Assembly: GCA_963813155.1 (NCBI GenBank)
Contig: CAWEYG010000008.1
Span: 1-21,834 of the forward strand
From: an uncultured Acidobacteriota bacterium
GTDB lineage: Bacteria; Acidobacteriota; Thermoanaerobaculia; UBA5066; DATFVB01
DNA length: 21,834 nt
Direction of reading: 5' to 3'
The translations under genes and the position numbers were made by a program. Shown here piece after piece: positions 1 through 10,281 of the stretch. The notes under the pieces were generated by a model. The model searched no databases. It was not told where the DNA came from and saw nothing but the letters and a program-made list of their open reading frames with translations. Position 1 is the stretch's first letter; each line of letters starts with the position of its first letter.

Positions 1-51
1 TGCCGGCCGACTCGCCGCGGCGATTCGCCAGGGCGTAGAAGCTCGTTTCAC

Positions 52-97
52 GCCTCTCCCCCTGTGGGAGAGGCCGACGCGAAGCGGCTGGTGAGGG
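52..97. repeat. REP-like palindromic element downstream of the DUF1015 gene
   Basis: Hairpin gcctctccc-cctgt-gggagaggc followed by gcgaagcggctggtgagggg. Resembles CCCTCTCCC-type intergenic REPs and could double as a terminator. Confidence 0.45.
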
Positions 98-102
98 GTA
101 GC

Positions 103-1377
103 TCAGACGATCGAGTCTTCCAGCGAAACCCCGAACAGGCCCGAGATCATCTTCGGCTCGAAGAGCGTCGACTTCTGCGGCAGCACGTCGCCCGCGGCGA
201 CGACTTCCTGCACGCTCGCGATCGGGGTCGGGCGCAGCAGCACGGCCATCTGGGCTTCGCCGGACTTCGCCAGCTCGATCGCCGCGCTCTCGTCTTTGGG
301 AAACGACACGAACTCGCCCCGCTCGATCTGCCCGGGGTCGATGCCCAGCACGGCCCGAAAGAAGGCGACCTCCAATGCGGCAGGGTCCAGTCGGCGCCAC
401 GCCGCGCCCTTCTCCGGCGGCCACGGAAGGTTCGCCGCGTCGGGCCGAAGCCGAAGAAGCGTCGGCGCTGCTCCGTTCGGGACGACGAGAAATCCCGTTT
501 CGCCGCGGGGAAGCTGCTCGAGGGCGCGCCGCGCGTCCTGCGCCGAGGGAAACTCCGTCGCGTCGAAAAACGCGGCGGCCTTCTTCATCGACTCCGCGAA
601 AGAGAAGTTCGGCAGATTCGAGACCGCGCGCGGAATCGCGAACGCCTCGAGACCCGGCGACGCGACATCGACGATCGCGCAGAGCTTGAACGCGGCCGTC
701 GGCAGCTTCTCGGCTTCCGGCAATTGGGAAAACTTCAGGGCCGTCTCGTAGCGGTGATGGCCGTCCGCGATCAGAGAGCCGGCCGTCGAGAGGAGCCGCT
801 GGAAACGAACGTGGTCCGCGGGGTCTTCGACGCGCCACGCGTCGTGGCGGTAGCCCGCGAGGTCACGGCAGGAGAGCTCGGGCGCGCGGCGCGTCTGGAG
901 CGCGTCTTCCAGCGGGGCGCGCGACAGCAGGAAGACCATCCCGAAATCCGCGTGCGAGGCGCGCAGGAGATTGAGCCGGTCCTCCTTCGCCTTCGCGAGC
1001 GTGCGCTCGTGGGGGCGGATCGATCCGCCTTCGTACGGCTCCACGCGAACGAGCCCGACGAGCGATCGCCGCGCCTTGACGTTCCCGTCCCGGCCCGGAA
1101 ACACGACCTGGTGGATCCAGAGAGCGGCGGAGCGCTCGTGGTAAATCACGCCGTCGGCGAGCCAGTCTTTCAGCTGCTGGGCCGCCTCGGCATAGACGTC
1201 GCCGCCGTCGTCTTTCCGCGCGTCGAAACGCACGATGTTCTCCGGCGACCGGGCATAGAGCTCCTCGCGGATCTTCGGCGTCACCCGGTCGTACGGCGGC
1301 GCCACGAGATTGTCGAGCCCGCGCTCTTCGATCGAGGCCGGGCTGTACCGCAGGGCGCGAAACGGATGCAGTTCCAT
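103..1377 (-). CDS. DUF1015 family protein
   Basis: N-terminus MELHPFRALRY..LVAPPYD, plus IRPHERT, LIADGHHRYETA and C-terminal LPQKSTLFEPK motifs. The ATG overlaps the upstream TAA (TAATG). Confidence 0.9.
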   Translation of the reverse strand: MELHPFRALRYSPASIEERGLDNLVAPPYDRVTPKIREELYARSPENIVRFDARKDDGGDVYAEAAQQLKDWLADGVIYHERSAALWIHQVVFPGRDGNVKARRSLVGLVRVEPYEGGSIRPHERTLAKAKEDRLNLLRASHADFGMVFLLSRAPLEDALQTRRAPELSCRDLAGYRHDAWRVEDPADHVRFQRLLSTAGSLIADGHHRYETALKFSQLPEAEKLPTAAFKLCAIVDVASPGLEAFAIPRAVSNLPNFSFAESMKKAAAFFDATEFPSAQDARRALEQLPRGETGFLVVPNGAAPTLLRLRPDAANLPWPPEKGAAWRRLDPAALEVAFFRAVLGIDPGQIERGEFVSFPKDESAAIELAKSGEAQMAVLLRPTPIASVQEVVAAGDVLPQKSTLFEPKMISGLFGVSLEDSIV

Positions 1378-2039
1378 TAAATCTTCACTCCCATCGCCAG
1401 TCCTTCCACGGTCGGCAGGAACGTCGCGACGAATTCTCCGCCGCCCGCGAGCTCGCGGTTGAAGAGATCGAGCGCCTCGACCGATTCCGCGCTCCAGTTC
1501 GCGTCCGTTCCGAAGGCCGCGCGAAAAACATTGTCCGCCAGGATCACGCCGCCCCGCCGCAGGTTCGCCGTCGACCATTGGAGGTAATCGGGATACCCGA
1601 TCTTGTCCGCGTCGATGAAAACGAGGTCGAACGGCCCGTGCTTTTCGATCGACGGCAGGTTCTCGACCGCCCGGCCGACGTGGACGTGAACGAGTTTTTC
1701 GACGCTCGCCCGCGCAAAGGATTCCGTCGCGACCTTCGCGTGCTTCGGATCGAATTCGAACGTGTCGAGCCGTCCGCCGTGGGGGAGAGCCCGGGCGAGG
1801 CAGACGCCGGAGTAGCCGGCGAGCGTGCCGATTTCGACGATCTTCTTCGCGCCGGCCGCGAGCGCGATCGCAGTCAAGTGGCGTCCGTCGAGGCGCGCGA
1901 CCGCGATGTCGGGAAGGCCTTCCCGCGAGGCGCGCTGGCGGATCTCGGCGAGCACGGCGTCTTCCGGCCCGAAGAGAGAATCCAGATAACTCGCGACCGC
2001 CGGGTCGCTCTGGCCTATGCCGGCCGGGTCGTTTCCCAT
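1377..2039 (-). CDS. O-methyltransferase (caffeoyl-CoA/YrrM-like, Methyltransf_3)
   Basis: IVEIGTLAGYSG SAM motif, FDLVFIDADK and GGVILADNV. The start is taken at MGNDPAG (2039). Confidence 0.9.
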   Translation of the reverse strand: MGNDPAGIGQSDPAVASYLDSLFGPEDAVLAEIRQRASREGLPDIAVARLDGRHLTAIALAAGAKKIVEIGTLAGYSGVCLARALPHGGRLDTFEFDPKHAKVATESFARASVEKLVHVHVGRAVENLPSIEKHGPFDLVFIDADKIGYPDYLQWSTANLRRGGVILADNVFRAAFGTDANWSAESVEALDLFNRELAGGGEFVATFLPTVEGLAMGVKI

Positions 2040-2049
2040 TCCGGCGAGT

Positions 2050-2970
2050 CTAACTTGATTCGGCGGGAGGAATCGAACGGCTCGCGCGCTCCTTTCGAGC
2101 AACGACGAACGTCGTCGAGGCAAGAACATGAGAATCGGCGCGATCGTTGAAAAGCCTGTCCATCGGGTGGATCGGTGCGGCGATCAGTGTCCAGAGCTTC
2201 CTCAGAGGCGAGCTCAGTCCGCGCGGCGACAGGCGGTTTGCGAAGGTCGAGATCAGATTCAAAATCGTGTAGACGGGGCCGACGCAGGTACCGGATTTCT
2301 CAACGTTGAACCCGGCATCTTCGAAAAGAGCGGCGTGCCCCGTGAGCGTGTAGTTTCGGTAGTGGTCCGGGTAGCCGTGATAGGCCTGCAGGAACGGCGT
2401 GATGGAGAGCACTTTCCCCCCGGGTTTGAGAACGCGCTCCATTTCCTTGACGGCGGCTTCCGGCCTGCGAACGTGTTCCAGGACCGCTTCGCAAAAGACG
2501 GCGTCGACGCAATTGTTGGCATACGGGAGCTGATGAGCGTCGCCGACCACATCGACGTTGAGAAACGCGCCGAGATTGAGATTGCAGAGCGCGGGGTGAG
2601 CCCGGCCCGGTCCGCCGCCGATCGAAAGCGCGAGCGCGGAAGAATCGAGCCCGCCGAGGACTTCCTCCATCGCCTCGAGCGAACCTCGGCTTCGATAGTC
2701 CCGGACGAGCCGCCGCTTCAGCGCCGGAAGCCAGCGCCCCTGTTGAAGGGAGGTCCTCGCGTATTCCTCGGACATCGGACCCGCACTCTCGCCCGCAAGT
2801 TCGGGATCCCTGGGCTTGGAAAGCAGAACCGGAACGCCCTGTCGAACCGAGTAACGGCGAGCGCCGTTTTCAGCGACGAGCTCTGATCCGTCGGAGCTCG
2901 GTATCAGTCTCTGCTTCGTTTCCGGACAGACGAGTTGTCCGGAGAGAATCTGATCGCCGATGGGTCTCAC
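2050..2970 (-). CDS. Class I SAM-dependent methyltransferase with N-terminal Trm112-like domain
   Basis: LVCPETKQRL..YSVRQGVPVLL (Trm112-like), then LSIGGG, VVGDAHQLPY, EAVLEHV, RVLKPGG and YHGYPDHY. GTG start at 2970 is inferred. Confidence 0.8.
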   Translation of the reverse strand: MRPIGDQILSGQLVCPETKQRLIPSSDGSELVAENGARRYSVRQGVPVLLSKPRDPELAGESAGPMSEEYARTSLQQGRWLPALKRRLVRDYRSRGSLEAMEEVLGGLDSSALALSIGGGPGRAHPALCNLNLGAFLNVDVVGDAHQLPYANNCVDAVFCEAVLEHVRRPEAAVKEMERVLKPGGKVLSITPFLQAYHGYPDHYRNYTLTGHAALFEDAGFNVEKSGTCVGPVYTILNLISTFANRLSPRGLSSPLRKLWTLIAAPIHPMDRLFNDRADSHVLASTTFVVARKERASRSIPPAESS

Positions 2971-2992
2971 GCGAGATCCGCGATGTCTCCGC

Positions 2993-3775
2993 TCAGGAAG
3001 CCGGCGGCCGCGAGACGAAATGTTTTTCCGGGATCTTGAGCGGCGCGAGGATCGGCCCGAGGACGCGCCACTGAACGTCAAAGATTTGAGCGAGGCCGAG
3101 CGACGCGAGAGAGAGCATCTCGTCAAGCTCCGGCTTGGAGAAAGGTTCCTGCTCCGCCGTCGTCTGGACTTCCACGAACTTGCCGGATGCCGTGCCGACG
3201 ATGTTGGAATCGACCTGGGCCGTGGAGTCCTCCTCGTAGCAAAGGTCGAGCAGCGCCGTTCCGTTGCCGCGCCCGACGGAGACCGCGGCGAGCGTTTCGC
3301 GCATCGGCCAGTTCCGGAAAAAATGGTTTCCCGCGACTTTTGCGAACGCGAGCGCCAGCGCGACGCAGGACCCGCTGATCGCCGCGCACCGCGTGCCGCC
3401 GTCCGCCTGGAGGACGTCGCAATCCAGCGTGAAAGTCCTCTCGCCAAAGGCCTTCAGGTCGACGACGCTTCGCAGGGCCCGGCCGATGAGGCGCTGGATC
3501 TCCAGGGTACGGCCTCCCTGCTTTCCGCGCGCGGCTTCGCGGGCGGAGCGGGTGTGGGTGGAGCGGGGGAGCATGCCGTATTCCGCCGTCACCCATCCGG
3601 TCCCGGAATTCTTCAGGAATGGGGGGACCCTGTCCTCGATCGAAGCCGTGCACAGGACCTTCGTCTGTCCCTGGGTGATCAACGCGGATCCCTCCGCGTA
3701 TCTGGACACGCCCGTCTCGATCGAGATCGGCCGCAGGTCCGCCGGCCCGCGGCCGTCGATCCGCGAGCCGCTCAA
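2993..3775 (-). CDS. rph: Ribonuclease PH
   Basis: [53 protein letters not shown] and LDLCYEEDS. The TTG start overlaps the murI stop. Confidence 0.97.
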   Translation of the reverse strand: MSGSRIDGRGPADLRPISIETGVSRYAEGSALITQGQTKVLCTASIEDRVPPFLKNSGTGWVTAEYGMLPRSTHTRSAREAARGKQGGRTLEIQRLIGRALRSVVDLKAFGERTFTLDCDVLQADGGTRCAAISGSCVALALAFAKVAGNHFFRNWPMRETLAAVSVGRGNGTALLDLCYEEDSTAQVDSNIVGTASGKFVEVQTTAEQEPFSKPELDEMLSLASLGLAQIFDVQWRVLGPILAPLKIPEKHFVSRPPAS

Positions 3776-4572
3776 CCGGTGATCTCCACGTGCTCGAGCC
3801 GGTCGAGGGGACGGCCGAGAAACCTCTCGGCGACGATCCGAAATCTTTCCGCGCTGTCGGTCACGCAGACATGGTATTCCGAATCGGCCTCGTTTCGATG
3901 CGCCGGCGTCAACAGCGCGCCGACCGCCATGCAGACGGCTTCCGCCGAGTCGACGAGAGGGACGCCGGGCAGCGTCGCCGCGATCGTCGCCTTCAGCAGC
4001 GGATAGTGCGTGCAGCCGAGCACGAGGGCGTCGACTTTCTCCTCGCGAAACGGGGCAAGGTAGATCTCGGCGGCCCTCTTCGCGACGTCGTTGTCGGTCC
4101 AGCCCTCTTCCGCGAGCGGGACGAACAGCGGGCACGCGCGCGAGATGACCTCGAGCCGCGGATTTCGCCGGCGGATCGCGTCCCTGTACGCGCCGGAAGC
4201 GATCGTCGCTTCTGTACCGATCACCCCGATGACGCCGCCGTGCCCCCGGCTCGCGCGTGCCGCCGCGTCCGCGCCCGGCTCGACGACGCCGACGACCGGC
4301 ACGGGCGAAAATTTCTCGATCGACGGCAGCGCGAGCGCGGAGGCCGTGTTGCAGGCGACGACGAGCATTTTGACGTCGCGCGACAGCAGAAAGCGGATGT
4401 TCGCGAGCGAGTACCGCTCGACGGTCTGCGGCGATTTCGTCCCGTACGGCAGGCGAGCCGTGTCCCCGAGGAAGAGAAACGACTCGCGCGGAAATTCCTC
4501 GGAGAGCTTGCGGGCGACCGTGAGCCCGCCGACCCCCGAATCGAAGATCCCGATCGGTCTCGAGTCGCTCAT
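3772..4572 (-). CDS. murI: Glutamate racemase
   Basis: [34 protein letters not shown] and LVLGCTHYP (both catalytic Cys present). Confidence 0.97.
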   Translation of the reverse strand: MSDSRPIGIFDSGVGGLTVARKLSEEFPRESFLFLGDTARLPYGTKSPQTVERYSLANIRFLLSRDVKMLVVACNTASALALPSIEKFSPVPVVGVVEPGADAAARASRGHGGVIGVIGTEATIASGAYRDAIRRRNPRLEVISRACPLFVPLAEEGWTDNDVAKRAAEIYLAPFREEKVDALVLGCTHYPLLKATIAATLPGVPLVDSAEAVCMAVGALLTPAHRNEADSEYHVCVTDSAERFRIVAERFLGRPLDRLEHVEITG

Positions 4573-5246
4573 GGCGTCGCCGGTGGGGGTGCCGGTGTTG
4601 GTACGGGCGCTGGCGCTAGCGCTGGCGCCGGCGCCGGCACCGCGCCCACGACGTCGGGCATCGCGGGGAGCGGCCGGCTCACGTCGACGTGCCCGGCGAG
4701 CGTCTCGACCGGGTTGCCGTTGACGAGGATGCGGACGCGGTCGGTCTGGGCGAGGTTTTGCAGAAGCGTGTCGACGATCGCGCCGACGGCCGCGAGCTCG
4801 TCGCTGGATCCGGCGGACCGGGCCCACTCCGAATCGACGTTGAAGTCGACGACGATCTGCCCGTTTCCGGGCACGAAAACGTTGCGAACGGAAAATTTCC
4901 CCGGCAGCGCGGTCACGAGCAGCGGATCTTTCGGGCCCGCGATCTCCTCCCGCATGAGCTCCCGGGCGAACCCGACCGCGTCGGCGGGCTTCTCCACGTC
5001 GCGCTCCTCCGGGCGGAGCAGGCCGTCTTCCTGCAGCGGAAAGAAAAGCGTCACGCGGATCTTCTCCGCCGGCGGGGGAGTCGGGCTGCCGGGCCCGACC
5101 TTCAGGGGGGCCGATTCCCGCGGCCGCACGACGGGGCCTTCCCCCCGCCGCAGGCGGATCGAGCCCTCCCTCCGCGCAACCGCGAAGAGGAGAAAGACCG
5201 CCGCGGAGGCCGCGGCGATCACGCTCCAGGCCATTTTCTTCGTCAC
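4569..5246 (-). CDS. GerMN domain-containing membrane-anchored protein
   Basis: N-terminal TM segment, [28 protein letters not shown] and [18 protein letters not shown]. Lies between the amidase and murI with 4-nt overlaps. Confidence 0.85.
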   Translation of the reverse strand: MTKKMAWSVIAAASAAVFLLFAVARREGSIRLRRGEGPVVRPRESAPLKVGPGSPTPPPAEKIRVTLFFPLQEDGLLRPEERDVEKPADAVGFARELMREEIAGPKDPLLVTALPGKFSVRNVFVPGNGQIVVDFNVDSEWARSAGSSDELAAVGAIVDTLLQNLAQTDRVRILVNGNPVETLAGHVDVSRPLPAMPDVVGAVPAPAPALAPAPVPTPAPPPATP

Positions 5247-6697
5247 GGCGAGGAGGTCGGCGCGGCCGGGTGAACTCTCAGGTACGAGGATACCGCCCGG
5301 GCGATCGCTTCCGCGACGCTCTGGCGAAACTCCGCCGTCGCGAGTTTCTTCGCCTCTTCCGGGTTGGACAGGAATCCGGCCTCGACCAGGACGGCCGGCA
5401 TCGAGGCTCCGACGAGAACGCGAAACGGCGCCTGCTTGATGCCGCGGTTCTCGGTGTGGAGAAGACTGTTCAATTCGTTCTGGATCGATTCGGCGAGCGC
5501 GGCGGATTCCTTCAGGTGGGCCGATTGCGCCATGTCCCACAGGATGAAATCGAGCTCCGGCGGGGCCGCGGACGGCGGGGCCGACGCCTTTCCGTCGGAC
5601 GCGTTTTCCTGGTTCGCGACGGCGTCGGCGAGCTTGTCGGAACCGGCCAGCGAAAGGTAGTACGTCTCCGAGCCGTGCGCTCCCGTCGCCCTCGACGAGT
5701 TTGCGTGGATCGAAAGGAAGACGGCCGCCTTCTCGTGGTTCGCAATCGCGGCCCGCTCGTCCAGCGCGACGAGCGTGTCGCTCGTGCGCGTGAGGACGGA
5801 GCGCACGCCGGCCTCCTTCGCGAGGAGCGCGGAGAGTCGCCCCGCGATGTCCAGCGTGATGTCTTTCTCGAAGACGTTTCCCGGCCCGATCGCCCCGGTC
5901 TCCTCGCCGCCGTGGCCGGCGTCGATCACGACCGTGCGCGTGGGCGGCGCGACGTTGGGCGCCGGCACGAGCGCGGCTTTCGTGGCGGCGCCGGCCTCCG
6001 CCTTCGTGATCTCCACGATCACCCGGTCGGGGGCCTTCAGCGCGTACGGGGAGAACGCGAGGTTCGATTCGCGCAGCGTCAGCGTCGCGGTATTGCCGGA
6101 AAAGCGGATCTTCGAGACGAACGGGTCGTCGAACGTCCGCTCGGCGAACGCGGCGGCGACGGACGACTTGAACGTGACCGTGTAGCCGTCCTTCGTGGGA
6201 AACGCCTCGAACGGAACCGGAGAGCTCTCCTGGAAGATGACCTGGGTCATCCGGTTCAGGTGGACGACGCCCGCGTCGACGTTTGCGGCCGCCGCGCTGC
6301 CGGTCCGCGTCCGGATCGACTTGCCGGCGCGGTCGTATTCGGCCGCGAGGCCCGCGGCGGAGAGCACCGTCTTCTCGAAGAATTCCCACGGGGCGTAGAG
6401 GATTCCGGCGAACACGCGCGTCGGGTGCGCGAGCATCACGACGCGGTCGTCGAAGGCGACCGTCGCGACGCCGTCCGCCGCGACGATGCGGTGGCCCGAC
6501 ATCTCGACGACGAGCGAAGCGCCCGGCTGGGGACGCGAGGTCCCGCCTAGCGCGGCGACGACGTCCGGAACGGCCAGAAGAGTCCCGTTTTCCGCGGCGG
6601 AAACCGGAACGGCGCGGCCCGCGACCGACAGCGTCACCGTGGAAGGCTCGGGGGCGACGACCGCGAGCAAAAACGCCAGAATTTGCGCGAGAGGCAC
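5243..6697 (-). CDS. N-acetylmuramoyl-L-alanine amidase (Amidase_3, AmiA/AmiC-like)
   Basis: Signal-like N-terminus, VVIDAGHGG, EKDITL, FLSIHAN and MPAVLVEAGFLSN. GTG start at 6697 is inferred. Confidence 0.93.
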   Translation of the reverse strand: MPLAQILAFLLAVVAPEPSTVTLSVAGRAVPVSAAENGTLLAVPDVVAALGGTSRPQPGASLVVEMSGHRIVAADGVATVAFDDRVVMLAHPTRVFAGILYAPWEFFEKTVLSAAGLAAEYDRAGKSIRTRTGSAAAANVDAGVVHLNRMTQVIFQESSPVPFEAFPTKDGYTVTFKSSVAAAFAERTFDDPFVSKIRFSGNTATLTLRESNLAFSPYALKAPDRVIVEITKAEAGAATKAALVPAPNVAPPTRTVVIDAGHGGEETGAIGPGNVFEKDITLDIAGRLSALLAKEAGVRSVLTRTSDTLVALDERAAIANHEKAAVFLSIHANSSRATGAHGSETYYLSLAGSDKLADAVANQENASDGKASAPPSAAPPELDFILWDMAQSAHLKESAALAESIQNELNSLLHTENRGIKQAPFRVLVGASMPAVLVEAGFLSNPEEAKKLATAEFRQSVAEAIARAVSSYLRVHPAAPTSSP

Positions 6698-6901
6698 AGC
6701 GCATTCTAGCGCAGCGGAGAGTCTCGCTCGCCCACAGTCGAGCCCCTTGGCCGCGGGACTCGGCACTCGCCCGCTGGCACGGCGCGGTCGATCAGAATGG
6801 AATCGGTCCCCCGCGCCTCTAGCGATCGGCGCGACATCTCGCCTCTCAACGGACAACGAGATTCCTCTTGCGCCTCACTCATGGCCTGCGGACGAGCGCC
6901 T

Positions 6902-6974
6902 GCGCCCCGCGTCCAGCCCCACGCTACTTATCCGGCCTTCGCTCGAGGGGTGGGGGCTCCAACCCCTGAGCGAG
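6902..6974 (-). repeat. Inverted partial copy (D) of the structured intergenic repeat family
   Basis: The reverse complement ctcgctcaggggttggagcccccacccctcgagcgaaggccgg...tggggctggacgcggggcgc aligns with about 11477-11550, and its first part with about 13130-13172. Confidence 0.75.
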
Positions 6975-7218
6975 ACGAGGAGCGGCCGGGGCTCACGGGT
7001 CCGCGAGCGACCCTTCGAGTAGCGGGCGTCGTTGTCTGAGCGACCGGATATGGCCGAGCCGCAGTCGGGAACCGCGGATGGCGAGGCCATCAAAACGCCG
7101 CGCGAGGGGAGTCGAGGGGAAACTTCCCCTCGGTTGGATGCCCGCCCGTAGCGAGAAGGCGTCGCGAGCGGACCCCTGGGGCTCAGCCGCGACGGCAACG
7201 AGCGAACTTTGCACCGCG

Positions 7219-7227
7219 TGATAAAAT
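7219..7227 (+). promoter_or_regulatory. Extended -10 promoter of ssrA
   Basis: TGaTAAAAT ends 16 nt upstream of the mature tmRNA 5' end. Confidence 0.6.
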
Positions 7228-7243
7228 GATCTTCGATCTTTGA

Positions 7244-7602
7244 GGGGGCGAAACGGTTTCGACGGGGATGCCTGGTCGGAACGTCGCATGCCGAGGTTCA
7301 CTCGCCTCGTAAAAAAGGGTGAAAAAAATAGTTGCGAACAGCAACCTCGCACTGGCTGCCTAATTTAGTTTAGCGTCAGCCACGTCCTTCCCGGAGCGCG
7401 CCCGCCGCGCTGGAAAAGGGCGCCGCAAATGTGGGCTCATCCGGTAGGGTCCCCCGGCCCTGCAGGAGACATCAATTCGGGGTAGGTTCGGCGCGTTTGG
7501 TTCCTCTTTGAGCGCCGGATCGAGATCAAAGAGGAACTGAGCATGGAGTGGCGCTTCGATTCACTTCTTCGGACGCGGGTTCGACTCCCGCCGCCTCCAC
7601 CA
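7244..7602 (+). ncRNA. ssrA: tmRNA
   Basis: 5' GGGGGCGAAACGGTTTCGACGGGG. The 3' T-arm and acceptor end read GCGGGTTCGACTCCCGCCGCCTCCACCA. The tag ORF at 7334-7363 encodes ANSNLALAA-stop. Length is 359 nt. Confidence 0.97.
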
Positions 7603-7769
7603 AATTTCGCTCCACTTGAAAATCCCCCAAGCCCCCTCGGGCTCCACAATCGTGGTAAGGCGAATGGCCAACGTATTGAATTCATTGCGTCGTTTGAGAC
7701 TTGCTTCCCGACCTCCACCTTCATCCTCCGTACATCTCGGTGTGGACAGAATCGGAGGATGGTTGGAGA

Positions 7770-9032
7770 GTGAGACCCGCTCGCGTCCTGCTGACTGCCG
7801 CGATCCTCCTCGCGGGGGCCGGGGTCGCCATCCTGCGTCATCGGACACTGCTCGCGGCCCGGGATCAGAAGCGCCTCGCCGCGGCAAGGGAAGGAGCAGC
7901 GAAATTCGAGCGCCGCCAACTGGTCGCCAGGGAACTTCGCAATGTCGGGTCTGCTGCGCGGCCGTTGGACTTTGCCCTGCGAACTCCGCCCTCGTCCGTC
8001 TTTCTTCCGAATGAAGAGAAACTCCACGCTCTGGCTGTTCCCGGAACGCGCGCCCTGCGCGTGGGTGACAAGGTCATTCAGCTCGTGGAGCTTCGCGGCT
8101 GGCTGCGATTCGTCGATTCCGCCTGCAAGGCGAGCGATCCCGCCTGGTATTACCTGCTCGAACCGGATCTGGCCTGGAGCGACACAGTGGGCTTGCGGCC
8201 GAGCGACATCCTGCGGGTCGGCAACATTGCCGGCCTCGGAGATCGCCGTGGGGGAACTTCGCCCTGGCAAATCGAAAGTCGACCCCTCATCCGGATCGAA
8301 TTCGGAGGCTGGGACGAACAGAAGCTTCGGGGTTCACCGCCCGACGACTGGCGAGCCCGGGGTGCCTTCGGATGTCCCAACGTCTCCTTTGCTTTTGATC
8401 CGCTTCATCCCGTTCCCGGGGGGCCGCGGCTTGCGCCGGGTCAGTACATCCGAGTTGTCGGATCGCTCGTTACCGACGCTCCCCACGCAACGAAGGCCAC
8501 CGCCGGCGTGTGGCTCGTCCGAAATCTCGGCCTCGCGGTAGACCCGGAACACGTCATTCATGCCTGCGAGAGCGCATGGAGCGAAGGGGGAGAGGAAAAC
8601 GCAGGCAACCCTGCCCGCTGGACGGAGATCCATCCTCCCGACCTGATCGAGCCTCTTCCGGCTCGGGAACCGTCGGAAACGGTGATCGGCGTGGCCCTCT
8701 CCAGACCGGACGCGGCCCTTTCCGGACCGGCAGAGCCGATGGAGTTCTCGCTCGCGCCCCCCGGACCGCGCCCGGCCTGGGCTCGAGGTATCCGAGTTGT
8801 GGAAACGATTCTCCATGCCTGCCGGGGATCCGCCTTCGCGCGTTGCCTCGCTGCGTTCCACCTCGAGGAATCCAAAGGCCTGATCTCTGTTCGAATCGAC
8901 CCGGAGTCGGTGAGTGCAGACAGGTTTGCGGCAATCTTTCGAGTCTCCTGGAGCCCCGAGGCGGATTCCTGGCGGGTCGAGAGGTCGGCAAACCCAGACC
9001 CGTTATCGCACGCCAAACTGCTCGGCCTATGA
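7770..9032 (+). CDS. Hypothetical exported/membrane-anchored protein (420 aa)
   Basis: GGAG RBS before the GTG, an N-terminal hydrophobic anchor, internal YIRVVGSLVTDAPH and RWTEIHPPD segments, and an ATGA overlap with the next gene. Confidence 0.7.
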   Translation: MRPARVLLTAAILLAGAGVAILRHRTLLAARDQKRLAAAREGAAKFERRQLVARELRNVGSAARPLDFALRTPPSSVFLPNEEKLHALAVPGTRALRVGDKVIQLVELRGWLRFVDSACKASDPAWYYLLEPDLAWSDTVGLRPSDILRVGNIAGLGDRRGGTSPWQIESRPLIRIEFGGWDEQKLRGSPPDDWRARGAFGCPNVSFAFDPLHPVPGGPRLAPGQYIRVVGSLVTDAPHATKATAGVWLVRNLGLAVDPEHVIHACESAWSEGGEENAGNPARWTEIHPPDLIEPLPAREPSETVIGVALSRPDAALSGPAEPMEFSLAPPGPRPAWARGIRVVETILHACRGSAFARCLAAFHLEESKGLISVRIDPESVSADRFAAIFRVSWSPEADSWRVERSANPDPLSHAKLLGL

Positions 9033-10281
9033 GCCGTGATCCGCCGCAGACTCGCCGCCCGACTACGACAAGCGCCTCTTTACTTTCAGTCCCGCCTCAT
9101 TCTTCGCGGATCTCGATTCGCGCGGCGAGAGCTCTCTGGGTCCTGCTCGGCATCGCCGCGAGCGTCCATGTGCTCGTATCTCCGGAACGACACAATCTGT
9201 GGCCGGTCTTTCGGAAGGGAGCGCTGGGTTGGTGGGGGGGCGGATTCTCTACGAGGGCCCGGATTACTTTCGTTATAGCCCCGTCTTCGCGGCGCTGCTC
9301 GCGCCTTTTGCGGCGCTCCCGGGGCCGCTCGGGAACATCCTCTTCGATGTCCTGGGCCTGGCGCTTCTGTTTCACGCAATCCGCCGGCTCGCGCGCACGG
9401 TATTTCCCGAACCCGTCCTGAGTCGGAACGAACCCGCGGTGCTCGTGCTGAGCCTTGTGGGCGTCGTTCGTTCAATATGGTCGTCGCAGGCGCACACGTG
9501 GACCGCGGCGGTCATTTTTCTCGCGGCCGTCGCCCTGGTGGAGCGACGATGGTGGTTGGCGGCCTTCCTCCTGGCGCTCAGCGTGCACCTCAAGCTCGCT
9601 CCGATCGTGCTGGCCGGTGTCGTCGCGGTCCTCTGGCCCAGGAAGATGAGCTGGCGATTTGCCATCGCTCTCGTCGCGCTCGCGCTGTTGCCATTTCTCA
9701 ACGGGCAACCCGGGCCGGTCGTCGGAATGTACCGGGATTGTCAGGCGCGGTTGCGGGAGTTGACGGCCCTGCGATTGCCCGGTGTGCGGGATGTCCTGCA
9801 TGTCTTCGAATCCCTCCACGTGGCGCTGCCGCCCGGGGCCTATCGGGCGATTCAAGCGCTCGGCGGACTCCTCGTCGTCGGATGGGCCTGGCGGCTGCAA
9901 CGGCGGGAGGTGCCTGCGGAATGGCTGGTGAGCGGCAGCTTCGCGGTAACGATCGCTTACATGCTCGCGTTGGGGCCGGCCGTCGAGTTCGTGCAGTTCC
10001 CGCTCCTCGCACCCTGGGTCAGCGCGGCGGTGCTCGCCGCAAGGCCTCGATCCCTCGAGCGCCGCGCCCTCGCCGTTCTCTACGCGATGACGATGGTCGC
10101 CGGATTTGGGGCGGTGGAAGATCTGCTCGGCGGGCTGATCCGGTCCAGGGCCCCGGAATCGTTGATCACGCTGGGTGCGATCGCGTTTGGCGTGTGGGTC
10201 GTTCTGAAATGGGGGCGTGCGGCGCCCTCCCGCGACGCGAAGGCCTTCGGAGAAATGGAAAGGGCTTTCGCGAAGACATGA
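9029..10281 (+). pseudogene. GT87/DUF2029 family membrane glycosyltransferase, frameshifted at G7 run 9234-9240
   Basis: The frame from ATG 9029 gives a TM helix and ..VFRKGALGWWG. A second frame continues RILYEGPDYFRYSPVFA, SSQ, HLKLAP and many TM helices. One extra G (G8) fuses the two frames. Confidence 0.75.

Noticed and set aside
4575-4645. GGCGCT/GGCGCC hexamer repeats
   Set aside because: They encode the Pro-Ala tail of the GerMN protein, i.e. ordinary low-complexity coding sequence.
64-6822. Long plus-strand ORFs (e.g. 64-1380, 3790-5439, 5270-6550)
   Set aside because: Antisense shadows of well-supported minus-strand genes in high-GC DNA. They are Arg-rich and have no motifs.
7704-7718. 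TTCCCGACCTCCACC resembling the tmRNA 3' end (possible att remnant)
   Set aside because: Only a short gapped match, which could be chance in GC-rich DNA.
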